From positions 1 through 64,000 of the forward strand of contig CAVSQB010000022.1 in NCBI GenBank assembly GCA_963729895.1: a DNA stretch of 64,000 nt, read 5' to 3'. The notes under the pieces were generated by a model. It ran no database searches. It saw only the letters and a program-made list of their open reading frames with translations, and had not been told where the DNA came from. The position numbers and the translations under genes are program-made. Positions 7,977 to 17,700 of the stretch are shown piece by piece (position 1 is the first letter of the stretch; each line of letters starts with the position of its first letter). The DNA is from an uncultured Fibrobacterota bacterium (GTDB taxonomy: Bacteria; Fibrobacterota; Chitinivibrionia; Chitinivibrionales; FEN-1185).

Positions 7977-10442
7977 TCAGTACTTTGCTCCCTTGATCTG
8001 GGCCGCTTTCACGCGCTCCTTGAAATCGGCTTCAAGCAGCTTGAGCCTCTGATAATCTTCCTTGGTGTCGATCACCTTGAATTCCACCCGGCGGTTGAGC
8101 GCGCGGCCCTGAGCCGTGTTGTTCGTGGCAATGGGCCGTGTCTTGCCGTAGCCGATTGCAATAAGCGTGGAATCCGGTATACCCTGCTGTCCGACCAGAT
8201 AGAACCTCACGGAAGCCGCCCGTGCGGCGGAAAGCAGGAGGTTATAGCTGTCGTTACCGCGCGAGTCGGTGTGACCCTGAACTTCGTATCGCAGGTACGG
8301 ATACTGCTTGAGGAAGGTTGCGATTGACATGAGCGCCGTGTACGAATCTGTCGTGAGCTCGGCACTTGCCGTCTTGAAGTTGATCGCGCGCAGCGCCTTG
8401 TTGAGCGCCTTCTCTTCCTTGGCCGTCGGCTTCGGCAGCGTGTCCGGGCATCCGTCTTCGTCCTTGTAGCCGTTGTATGTTTCCGGCTCGTTGGGGCATT
8501 TATCAAGTGTGTCGGGAATGCCGTCTTTGTCGTTGTCGTAATCCGGGCAGCCGTCGTTATCCTGGAACCCGTCTATGTCTTCGGGTTCATTGGGACACTG
8601 GTCAAGCGAATCCGGCACGCCATCCTGGTCGTTGTCGTAATCCGGACACCCGTCTTGGTCCTGAAACCCGTCAAAATCTTCCGGTGCGTTCGGGCACTTG
8701 TCTACGCCGTGACAAACCTTTGCATACACAGAGTCCTTATGAAGATCGGAAACCCATGGATCGCAAAGGCTATCTTTATCCAGGTCCGGGATCGGGCATC
8801 CGTCTTTGTCAAGCATGCCGGTAAACCCGGCTGGAGGAACGAAGGGGCACTTGCTCACAACCGGTTGCGGTTTCGGAACCACCGGCTGCGGTTTCGGCTT
8901 GACGCCCCAGTTGATGTTGAGACCGCCAGCCACCTCAAACCCTCGGTCCGGGGTGAACCACCAGTTGCCGATTGCTTTATAAGATGCCTGAATGGAAAAG
9001 TAACGGAAATTGAACCCTACCCCGAGAGCAGATGCCCATTGTTCGGGCCCGCCCACCACAAATCCCATTCGCAACGGCAAAAAGTTGTGCAGCGTGGCCA
9101 ACTCCGAGCCTATGGAGAGACGCGGAACGTAGGACCTGCCGGGTCCGGGAGTGAGATCCTGTTCGTAGTTCACCGCCACGTTGGCATAATCGGCCAGAAT
9201 GTAAAGCTTCTTGTTGTCGGCTTTCGTGAAATCGAAGATGCGCGCATAGCCGATGTTAAGTGTGAGCGGCAGCCATGTGGTGACCGCGCTCGGAGCGTTC
9301 GTCAGCGTGTCCGCGGAGGTGATATTGCCGACTTCGCCGGCCGCTCTGTTGCCGAACAGCGAGTAGATGGCGCTGTCGTTCTTAGTGCCGTACGTATTGA
9401 TCCCGCTTATGAGGCTGTACAAATCAAGATTGTTTTTCTTCACATCGTAGGTAACGGTTTTCACATTGTTGGTCCAGAAAAGCACTCCAAGGTTCTGGAC
9501 GTTAATGCTCAATGCGGCATTATCGTCGTACAGTATCCCGCCGAGGTCAACGCCGAGACCATGGCCGTTTACCGGCAGGCCGTTGTCGAACATATGGCTC
9601 AGATCCCCAACATCCCACGGACCGTGGAAACCGAGCCCCGCAGTCTGGACCGTAAAGTGGCCGTCCATCTTGATGACGTTATTCACGGAATCGTAGGTGA
9701 TGGACGAACCGTTGGTCGATGAAGCCTGCATCATGCTGTGGCCCATTACGTACTTAATGCCCACGCCGCCGGCGCCGTAGCGCAATTTGAAAAAATTCTG
9801 CAGAGCGGGAATGTTCACCGGCAAGCCAAGCTGAAACGTAAAATCGGTGGCCCAGATTCCGTCCTGATTAAAATTTCCGAAATCGAGCGTATTACCGCGG
9901 CGCAAACCGTTGTTTGCGGAGAAAAGCATGTCCAACGGGGCCTCGGGAATATGCAAATCTTCGTCAAGGTGGGTTGTGATGTCGAAGGCAAACCTTTTGT
10001 ACGCAAATGACAAAAGCGATGCGCGGAACCCGCCGTAGATATCCACTCCGCCTTTGAGTTTGTCCGAAATCTTCTGGGAATTCTGATCGGCATTCGTGTC
10101 GGTAATGCCAAAGCTGTTTTGCATAACCTGATTGACAAGCGCTTTTTCATTCGTGGGATCGGAGGGCCAGTGCGACAGAAAGCTGAACGGCGAAAGTGCG
10201 AGTTTGTCGCTCCAGTAGCCGATGCCGTAATCGGTAATGGGCAGCAGGAGCAGGCCGCCCCACGGAACTCGGTCGCATCCGAGGAGGGCGGGGTTCTGAA
10301 ACGGGGCCTCCGGGGCCGAACCGGTGATGTTCCGGCCGGTAGTGGTACCGGCGCTGATGGGGGCATCGTCAACGGCCGCAAAAAGGAGTGCGGGCGCGGC
10401 AAACAAAACGGCGATTGCTACTTTTTGTACGGTGTTCATCAC
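7977..10442 (-). CDS. Outer-membrane protein: N-terminal beta-barrel (DUF5723-like) + Pro-rich linker + thrombospondin type 3 Ca-binding repeats + OmpA C-terminal domain
   Basis: Signal peptide; NPALLG and GLGVDLG barrel-type motifs; 33-aa repeats DxCPNxPEDxDGFQDxDGCPD; GHTDSRG..NLLLSAARA..GYGKTRP..NRRVEF. Confidence 0.88.
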   Translation of the reverse strand: MMNTVQKVAIAVLFAAPALLFAAVDDAPISAGTTTGRNITGSAPEAPFQNPALLGCDRVPWGGLLLLPITDYGIGYWSDKLALSPFSFLSHWPSDPTNEKALVNQVMQNSFGITDTNADQNSQKISDKLKGGVDIYGGFRASLLSFAYKRFAFDITTHLDEDLHIPEAPLDMLFSANNGLRRGNTLDFGNFNQDGIWATDFTFQLGLPVNIPALQNFFKLRYGAGGVGIKYVMGHSMMQASSTNGSSITYDSVNNVIKMDGHFTVQTAGLGFHGPWDVGDLSHMFDNGLPVNGHGLGVDLGGILYDDNAALSINVQNLGVLFWTNNVKTVTYDVKKNNLDLYSLISGINTYGTKNDSAIYSLFGNRAAGEVGNITSADTLTNAPSAVTTWLPLTLNIGYARIFDFTKADNKKLYILADYANVAVNYEQDLTPGPGRSYVPRLSIGSELATLHNFLPLRMGFVVGGPEQWASALGVGFNFRYFSIQASYKAIGNWWFTPDRGFEVAGGLNINWGVKPKPQPVVPKPQPVVSKCPFVPPAGFTGMLDKDGCPIPDLDKDSLCDPWVSDLHKDSVYAKVCHGVDKCPNAPEDFDGFQDQDGCPDYDNDQDGVPDSLDQCPNEPEDIDGFQDNDGCPDYDNDKDGIPDTLDKCPNEPETYNGYKDEDGCPDTLPKPTAKEEKALNKALRAINFKTASAELTTDSYTALMSIATFLKQYPYLRYEVQGHTDSRGNDSYNLLLSAARAASVRFYLVGQQGIPDSTLIAIGYGKTRPIATNNTAQGRALNRRVEFKVIDTKEDYQRLKLLEADFKERVKAAQIKGAKY

Positions 10443-10501
10443 CCCTGTACCTCTTTCTATATGTCAATTGACATCGGGTACAAACCGACCCCGAACGATT
10501 T

Positions 10502-12826
10502 CTATTTAACGGAAAAGAGCGAATCGATGCTGTTGACGCCGTCAACATGGATCCACGAATTCAGCTTCAGCCAGTCGGTGTTTAGGAGCGCATCGGGCGC
10601 TATGCCTCCCGGCGGCTGGGGTATGAACCGGACTTCCCACCGCCAGCCCATTGTTTTGGCCCCCGAAATCTGGCCCAGTTCCGGGTCCGTAAGGGTAATG
10701 GTGTTCTCAATGGCCGTATTCGAATCTCTCGGCGGGATGAGCAGACCGTTACCCAAGAGGTCGAAAAAGCCGGTTGTGGGCTGATTGATCAGGTCGTTGA
10801 ACTGATTGGTGTTGATATACGCTGGATTGAGCGTGTCGACAAGCGGACCTATTTTTGACGTGTCGGTGGTTGCAAGCGCGTACAGCCGCATGTACACATT
10901 GGTAAAGTTGGTGACCTTCACGTTAAAGGTCGCATGGCGGTCGGTCATGTCGTTTATTATGTTGAGCACGCCGCTTCCGCCGCTTAAATCGACCCTTGTG
11001 CCTCCGAGGTCCATTATTGTCGTGTCGGCAACGGTCCACCAGAGCGGTGCGACAAGGTTGTAATTAAAATGCCCATGCAAAATCATTCTGCCTATGTACT
11101 TCGTGTAATCAGGATCGGTCGGATTGGTCAAATCGTTCACCAGCCTTATGGCCGTGCCGCTGTCAACAGTCAGAGCCACTTTTACATTTATCGAGTCCGG
11201 ATAGCCGTTGACCACGTGGGTGATGTCGATTGACCGATAGTAGACCGAGTCAGTCGTCACATGGTTGAGGACCATGGCGGAATCGCTTTTTATGGTGGGA
11301 TCGGTGACGCTCGCAACCTCATAGGCGACGTGTACCGTATCCATAAACGCGCCGGGCGGAATCCCTATGTTCGTTCTTACCTTTGCCAGCACCTGCTGCA
11401 GAATAAAATGTCCGCGTAGCGAATCGGTGACGGCCTTGCTCCACGGCAGGTTTACCGGGATGGTGCTCAGGTTGCTTGTGCGCTGATACGGGATCATGCA
11501 CGTGCCCTTCATATCAGTAAACTTGAACGCCGTTGTCTTGACAACGAACGCAAGCGAATCGCCGGCAGACAGCACAACCTCCCTGCCGGTGAAGGGCCCC
11601 ATAGTCACGTGGTAATCAATCTTGGTGACCGACTGGGAGTCGGCGGGGTCCCATTCCGGGAACAGGCGGCTCGCAGAAAGATTGAGCTTTTTGTAGGTCT
11701 GCGTTGTGTGCGCGAGAAACGATGAATTTTGGGCAACGTCGCTGTTGGAAGCCAGAAGCGAGTCCTGGCTCGTGAGCCCCGCAAGACTCGCGATGCTGTC
11801 GAGGGGCGGAGTCTGCATCTGGCAAAAAGAACTTATCCACAGGTTGCGATGGATGACCGTCATCAGCAAATCTATTCCCGTGTAATTGGACACCGAGTAA
11901 GTGAAAAAACCCTCGGCAATGTCAATATAGTCGACGTTCACCGTATCGGTGAGGTTATACTCGTTTGTAAACGTGCGCTGGTAATTCGCCAGCAGGTAGT
12001 CGGTTACATCGACTTTCCGGGCCGTGAGACCGTCAAGGGAAAACATCACCTGAAGGTTGTCGCCTGCGGCAAACGTGCCCCCTGCGGTCGGCGTTATGGC
12101 CATGGAAACAGACGTTGTGCCGTTGATCACCTGGCTATTGGCGTTGAACTGCGCAACGCCTGATGTCCCCGGCGCAAGATTGCTTATCGTGGCAGTGCCG
12201 AGCGAGCCAAGCGTGAGTTGCACCGTGCCGAAATTCGCGGCCGAATTGTTCATAACCGTCACATTCAGGGTCTGGCCAGAATCCATCAAGTCAATTTCAT
12301 ACACGTCTTTGACAGTGACTGGAACTGCAGGTATCGGAACTGCCGCGGCCGCGTAGTTTCCTGTAAGCGGAACAGTGAGCGTTTCGACAGGCGTACCGGA
12401 AAGAGGGATCGGGCCGAACGCGTCGGAAAAATGCTTGTCCGCAATGGTGTCTTTGGTTATCGAATACGTCGTGTCTTTCTCGGATGGAAAACCAAAAGCC
12501 ACCGTGTCGGGGATCTGCTTCTTGGCAGCCGTATCGTACAGCGGATAGGCTTTCAGGATCATCATCGTAGTGTCGATGCTGGCCACGAAGATACTGTCCG
12601 GCAGTCCCGGGCGCTTGATGGTGTCGTAGGTGGTGGTGGTCTGCACCTGTTTCTTGTTGAAGAAAATCGTGTCCATCATGGCGCCGAGAAAAAACTTCTT
12701 GTTGGCGGTAATCGGAAGGTCCACGCTCGACCGCCATTGGACATCCTTTGCCGGGTTGGAGCAGAACAACGCGAGGGCCAGAAAAACCGGAGTTGTTCCG
12801 ACCGCGGCTTTGAAAATTTTCTTCAC
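10502..12826 (-). CDS. Large beta-rich surface lipoprotein, function unknown
   Basis: AGGAG RBS then GTG at 12826; LALALF-C lipoprotein-like signal; Thr/Asp/Val-rich 774 aa. Confidence 0.8.
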   Translation of the reverse strand: MKKIFKAAVGTTPVFLALALFCSNPAKDVQWRSSVDLPITANKKFFLGAMMDTIFFNKKQVQTTTTYDTIKRPGLPDSIFVASIDTTMMILKAYPLYDTAAKKQIPDTVAFGFPSEKDTTYSITKDTIADKHFSDAFGPIPLSGTPVETLTVPLTGNYAAAAVPIPAVPVTVKDVYEIDLMDSGQTLNVTVMNNSAANFGTVQLTLGSLGTATISNLAPGTSGVAQFNANSQVINGTTSVSMAITPTAGGTFAAGDNLQVMFSLDGLTARKVDVTDYLLANYQRTFTNEYNLTDTVNVDYIDIAEGFFTYSVSNYTGIDLLMTVIHRNLWISSFCQMQTPPLDSIASLAGLTSQDSLLASNSDVAQNSSFLAHTTQTYKKLNLSASRLFPEWDPADSQSVTKIDYHVTMGPFTGREVVLSAGDSLAFVVKTTAFKFTDMKGTCMIPYQRTSNLSTIPVNLPWSKAVTDSLRGHFILQQVLAKVRTNIGIPPGAFMDTVHVAYEVASVTDPTIKSDSAMVLNHVTTDSVYYRSIDITHVVNGYPDSINVKVALTVDSGTAIRLVNDLTNPTDPDYTKYIGRMILHGHFNYNLVAPLWWTVADTTIMDLGGTRVDLSGGSGVLNIINDMTDRHATFNVKVTNFTNVYMRLYALATTDTSKIGPLVDTLNPAYINTNQFNDLINQPTTGFFDLLGNGLLIPPRDSNTAIENTITLTDPELGQISGAKTMGWRWEVRFIPQPPGGIAPDALLNTDWLKLNSWIHVDGVNSIDSLFSVK

Positions 12827-13419
12827 CGTGCACTCTCCTTTCGCAACTGGACGCGCGCAACGACTTATCCGCGTAAACAAATGATTTTGAATCAGTCGCC
12901 TTGTTGTAATAAGATAATATAATAAAACATTAATTGAGAGCCAATTAAATTTAGCTGCGCCGCGCATTATCTGTCCGGGCGCCTCGGGTAATGCCTGCAA
13001 GTGCGTGTCGGATCGTACAAATCGGGAACCGGCTGAAAGCGATTGCTCCTCTTGGGCATATCTGCGAAAAGGGCGAAACCGCCGTTATTGGAAAACCTGA
13101 AAGTAGAGAGCAATCCGCATGCTCGTCGCCTTTGTCACCTCGTCCTTCCCTCTATATTATGCGATGCCCAAGACCCTGGAGTAAAACCTGCATTCTCCAT
13201 GACGCGACCGCGAGGTGCATTCACCCCTTACCGCAAAAGCGGCAATCATGCACGTTGATCTATTGCAATTGAGCTTCAATGATTTGCGACGGCAACGGTC
13301 TTGTGAGGCGTATAGACCGCATGCGTGCAGTCTATAGCGTCGGGTTCCTGCAGGAAGGCGAGGTTCGACCATTGCAAAGACCATTCCGGCTCCCTCTGTG
13401 TTGCCCGACCCCCGAACCC

Positions 13420-13449
13420 TTGACACCTGTGACGTCAAAGTCCTATATT
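13420..13449 (+). promoter_or_regulatory. sigma70-like promoter of cysM
   Basis: TTGACA-N18-TATATT, 46 bp upstream of the ATG at 13496. Confidence 0.55.
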
Positions 13450-13495
13450 GGTGATTGGAAAGCGTTTGCAACTTGCTCCGGATAGCGCGGTACTC

Positions 13496-14413
13496 ATGAG
13501 CGTCATTGATGTTATCGGCAATACTCCGCTCGTTCTCATACGGCGCCTGTGGGACAGCGATGTCTCGGGCGTCAGGATCCTTGGCAAACTGGAAGGGGCA
13601 AACCCGGGCGGGTCGGTCAAAGACCGGCCCGCCTACTGCATGCTCAAGGCAGCCATCGATTCAGGCGATTTGACAAAAGACAAGACCATTCTCGAACCCA
13701 CCTCGGGCAACACGGGCATCGGCATGGCAATGATCGCGGCGGCCATGGGGTACAAAATCAAACTCACCATGCCGGCCTGCGTGAGCCAGGAACGCCGCTC
13801 GATCCTCATGGCGCTGGGCGCCGAAATCGAACTCACGCCGGGATGCGAAAAGACCGACGGCGCCATCAGGCGCGCCCACGCGATTATGGAACAGTCCGGC
13901 AACCGGTATTACATGCCGAACCAGTTTGCAAACCCGGCCAATTGGAAATCGCATTACCAGACCACCGCCCCGGAAATAGTCCGGGACGCCGAGGGCGGTG
14001 TGAACGCCGTGGTCGCGGGCATGGGCACCACCGGCACGCTCATGGGGTGTTCGCGGTATTTTCGGGAGAAGATGCCCTCCGTCAATGTTGTCGGCGTCGA
14101 GCCCGAGCTCAATCACCGCATCCAGGGGCTCAAGAACATGAACGAGTCGATTGTACCAGCCATCTACGATCCTGCGCTGCTCGGCGGAAAAATCGTCTGC
14201 TCCGACGACGACGCCTTTACCGTGACGCGCGAACTGGCGCTCAAGGAGGGTTTGTTCTGCGGCATTTCGAGCGGCGCGGCCATGTGGGGCGCCATGCGGG
14301 CGGCCAAAGACATGTCGCGCGGGTCAACTATCGTGGTGATCCTGCCGGACCGCGGCGACCGGTACCTTTCCACCGAGGTCTTCAGGTCGGTGTGCGCCTT
14401 GTGCCCTCCGTAA
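13496..14413 (+). CDS. cysM: Cysteine synthase (CysM/CysK family, PLP-dependent)
   Basis: IGNTPLV, NPGGSVKDR (PLP lysine), EPTSGNTG, GMGTTGT, PDRGDRYLST. Confidence 0.9.
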   Translation: MSVIDVIGNTPLVLIRRLWDSDVSGVRILGKLEGANPGGSVKDRPAYCMLKAAIDSGDLTKDKTILEPTSGNTGIGMAMIAAAMGYKIKLTMPACVSQERRSILMALGAEIELTPGCEKTDGAIRRAHAIMEQSGNRYYMPNQFANPANWKSHYQTTAPEIVRDAEGGVNAVVAGMGTTGTLMGCSRYFREKMPSVNVVGVEPELNHRIQGLKNMNESIVPAIYDPALLGGKIVCSDDDAFTVTRELALKEGLFCGISSGAAMWGAMRAAKDMSRGSTIVVILPDRGDRYLSTEVFRSVCALCPP

Positions 14414-14551
14414 ACCCCGACGTGCCTTTTGTAGAGGGGCTCCTATAACGAATCAACAAATGCGCATGAGTCAAGTTTTATAACCTCATGCATGTTGGCA
14501 AAGGGCCAGGAGCCTCTTGAAGTGATCGTCAACGCTGTGGAGGGCATTCTT

Positions 14552-14697
14552 CTGCGTTAGGCAGGACTGGAGTGGTGCGCAAGAGCGCAGTGCCGGTCGA
14601 CCCCGCCGACAGGCATTGGGGCGATCCGGCACCGAGGCCACATGGCCAAGCCCGGAAGGAGGGCCGACCCGAGACTTCAGGCGAGGGGAACGCCCAA
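14552..14697 (+). repeat. Structured GC-rich intergenic repeat, copy 1
   Basis: Aligns with 25394-25574: CTGCGTTAGGCAGGAC..CAGTGCCGGTCG..GGGGCGATCCGGCACCGAGGC..AAGGAGGGCCGACCCGAG..GCGAGGGGA.CGCCCAA. Confidence 0.85.
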
Positions 14698-14760
14698 ACC
14701 TACTGTCAAGATTTGAGACAGGCTGAACTTCCCCCACCCAAAACTATTCACTTTAAGGAA

Positions 14761-17700
14761 TTACTTCTTCAATTTCCGCCACGTATCCTCAAGCCTCACC
14801 AGTATCTCCCGTGCAGGCGCAAGATTCGGATTCCTCGCAAGAAGCTCCTTGAGGCTCGCAATCGGATGCAGCAGATCTTCCGGAGACGCGGCAAATTCAA
14901 TGATCTTCTCAAAGGCCGTTTTTGCCTTGTCGAGGTTGAGCGCGAGCACGGCGGCCAAAGCGAGGTTCACCTGAATCCAGAGTTCGTCGGGCTTTATCGA
15001 CAACGCTTTCTCACTTGCCTCAATTGCCTGTGCGTAATTCCCCATTGTGTAGTAGGTAAGGCCAAGGCTGCCCCACGCCCGTACATTATCGGGTGCAAGC
15101 TCGATGGCCCGTTCGTACGCGCTCACGGCCTCACCAAAATGTCCGATATAGTAAGAGGCAAGCGCGAGGTTTCCCCATGATTCAGCGTTATCTTTTGCCA
15201 ATTCAACGGCCTTGGTGAACGACGCGATGGCGTCCGCATACCGTTCGAACGACATCTGGATATTTCCCCTGTTGATCCAGGAGGCAAGCCTGTCGGGCGA
15301 GACTTCCACGGCCTTTCCGTAGGCGGCCATCGCTTCATCGCTGTTCCCCATTGCCTCTGCAGCGAGGCCCATGTTGTGCCAGGCATCGGCGTTGCCGGGA
15401 GAATCCGCCGCAATTTTCTTGTACACGGCCACTGCCTCGGCAAAGTTGCCGGACGCATGAAGCGACAGGGCAAGGTTCGTGCGCGCGTTGGCCATGCCGG
15501 GCGCCACTTCCAGCGTCCGCGCATACAGCCGCGCCGCTTCACCGTAGTTGCCTTGCGCGTGCTGCGAGAGCCCCAGCGTATACAAGGTGTCCTTGTTGTC
15601 GGGCGAAAGCTCCAGCGCCTTTGAAAGCAACTCGACGGCTTCGCCGTGCCGGCTCTGGTAATAGCTGCAGAGCCCTGCGTTGTGCCAGGATTCCCAATCG
15701 CCGGGCGCAACCTTCACCGCTTCACGGTAGGCAGTCACCGCATCGGCAAATCGCCCGGCCGCCTGGTGCGATACTCCCATGAGGCGCCACGCAACTCCAT
15801 CGGCGCGATTGACGGCCACCGTCTTTGCAAATGCGTCCACCGCCTCGTTGTGCCGGCCGAGCGCCGCGTACGAAACGCCGAGCGCATGCAACGCCTCATC
15901 CTTGTCCGGCAACAAGGCTGCTGCCTTGACAAGCGCCGCTACCGCATCGCCGTGCTTCCCGCAGCCGGCCAGCGCCGCGCCTGCCTTGTACCAGGCGTCG
16001 TACGATTCCGGCGAAATCCCGGCCGCCTTGAGAAAGCTTTGGGCCGCGTCGCCGTATTTTTCAAGCGCAAAGAGGGCACAGCCGTTGGCAAACCACGTTT
16101 CGTACTTGTCAGGCGCGAGCCGTGCAGCCGCGGCAAAGGGTTCCAGCGCGTCCTGATACCGGCCGAGCTCGTTGCAGGCAATCCCGCGGTTGTACCATGC
16201 GATTTCGAACCCGGGGTTCGCTTCCGTCGATTGCACATACGCTTTGAGCGCCTGCTTGTATTTCTTCTGTGCCACAAGAGCGTTGCCGAGGTTGTTGAGG
16301 GCTTCAAAATGGGCAGGCTGCGATTTTACGGCCTTGTTGTACGCGGCAACGGCAGCCTCGAAGTCCTTTGCCTGCAAAAGCGCGAGGCCCATCTTGTTGA
16401 ATGCGTCGGCAAAGTCCTCCTTCAGTTTTGTTGCCTCTGTAAACGACTCCACCGCTTGTGCCGGTTCGCCGGCGTCAAGCAGCGCGCACCCGAGACCGTA
16501 CCACGCCTGTTCGTCGCGGGGAGAAAGCCCGGTTGCGGTTTGATAGGCGGCAACGGCATCGCTGAACTTTCCCTGCGCGCACAACTGCTGTCCAAGCAGC
16601 CGCGCCGCCTTGAGAAACGCCGGGTCCAGTTCCAGGGCTTTTTTGCACGAGGCGGCCGCATCCGCCGCGTTGCCGGCAGCAGCCTGGCTTGCGGCACAAT
16701 CGAACCAGCAGACTGCATCGCGCGCCGAAACGGCAAGGGCCTTCTTGTATGCATCGATTGCCTCGGGATGCCGGCCGATGGCGGCATTGGACAGCCCGAG
16801 CATGTGCCATACCTCGGCAACGCCGGTCTTGAGCGCGGCCGCCTTTCCAAACGATGCGGCAGCGTCCCCGAATTTGGCCAGCGCGAACTGCTCGGAGCCG
16901 AGCCCGTACAGAGATTCGTAGCTTTCCGGCCTGCATGCAACGGCCTTTGCAAACGAATCCTCAGCCTGCACGTGCCGCTTGAGCGCCGCATAGGAACAGC
17001 CCAGATTGTGCCATGCATCGTTGCGGTCGGGCCTGATTTCCGCCGCCCTCCCGAAGGCCTTGATCGCCATTTCGTGCTGCTGTGCGGCGCCGAACGCGCT
17101 CCCCACCCAGCTATAGCCCTCCAGCACCAGGTCCCGGAGGAGTTCGGATTCATCAACGTGAGGTTCGCATTTTTCGAGCTCATCGAGCGCCCGCGAAAAA
17201 TCGGACGACCGGTAGGCGCAGCTGGCGCGCCGCAGGCAGAGAATCGCCTGTTGGGACGAGCTGAGGGAGGCGCCCGCCGCGCCGATGGACGCGAGCATCG
17301 CAAGCTCGGCGGATGACGGCTTTTCCCCGCTCCACGCAGGCTGTCCTTCCGTGGCCAGCAGCCCCGACGAAAGGGAATTGAAGAGACCCACCAGCTCGGG
17401 CCGCAGTACAGGCACGAATTCCTCGGCAGCAGCAAGGATCCTTCCGGCAAGCACCTGGTTATACACCAGGCATTCGCAGAAATGGCCGGGAACAATGCGC
17501 GCCACCTCGCCGTGGTCGTACCACAGGAGGCTGGTGACGCAGCCGAGCAGCGCCGCCTCATAGCGTTCGTCAAGAAATCGCTTGTCGGGTGCGGCAACCT
17601 CGGTCTGGAGCCTGCACAACTGATCGTTGTACTGCGTAAACGAAGCCACGCCGAATTCCTTGATGATTCCGGAGTACGGCGCGGACACTGCGGTCGACTG

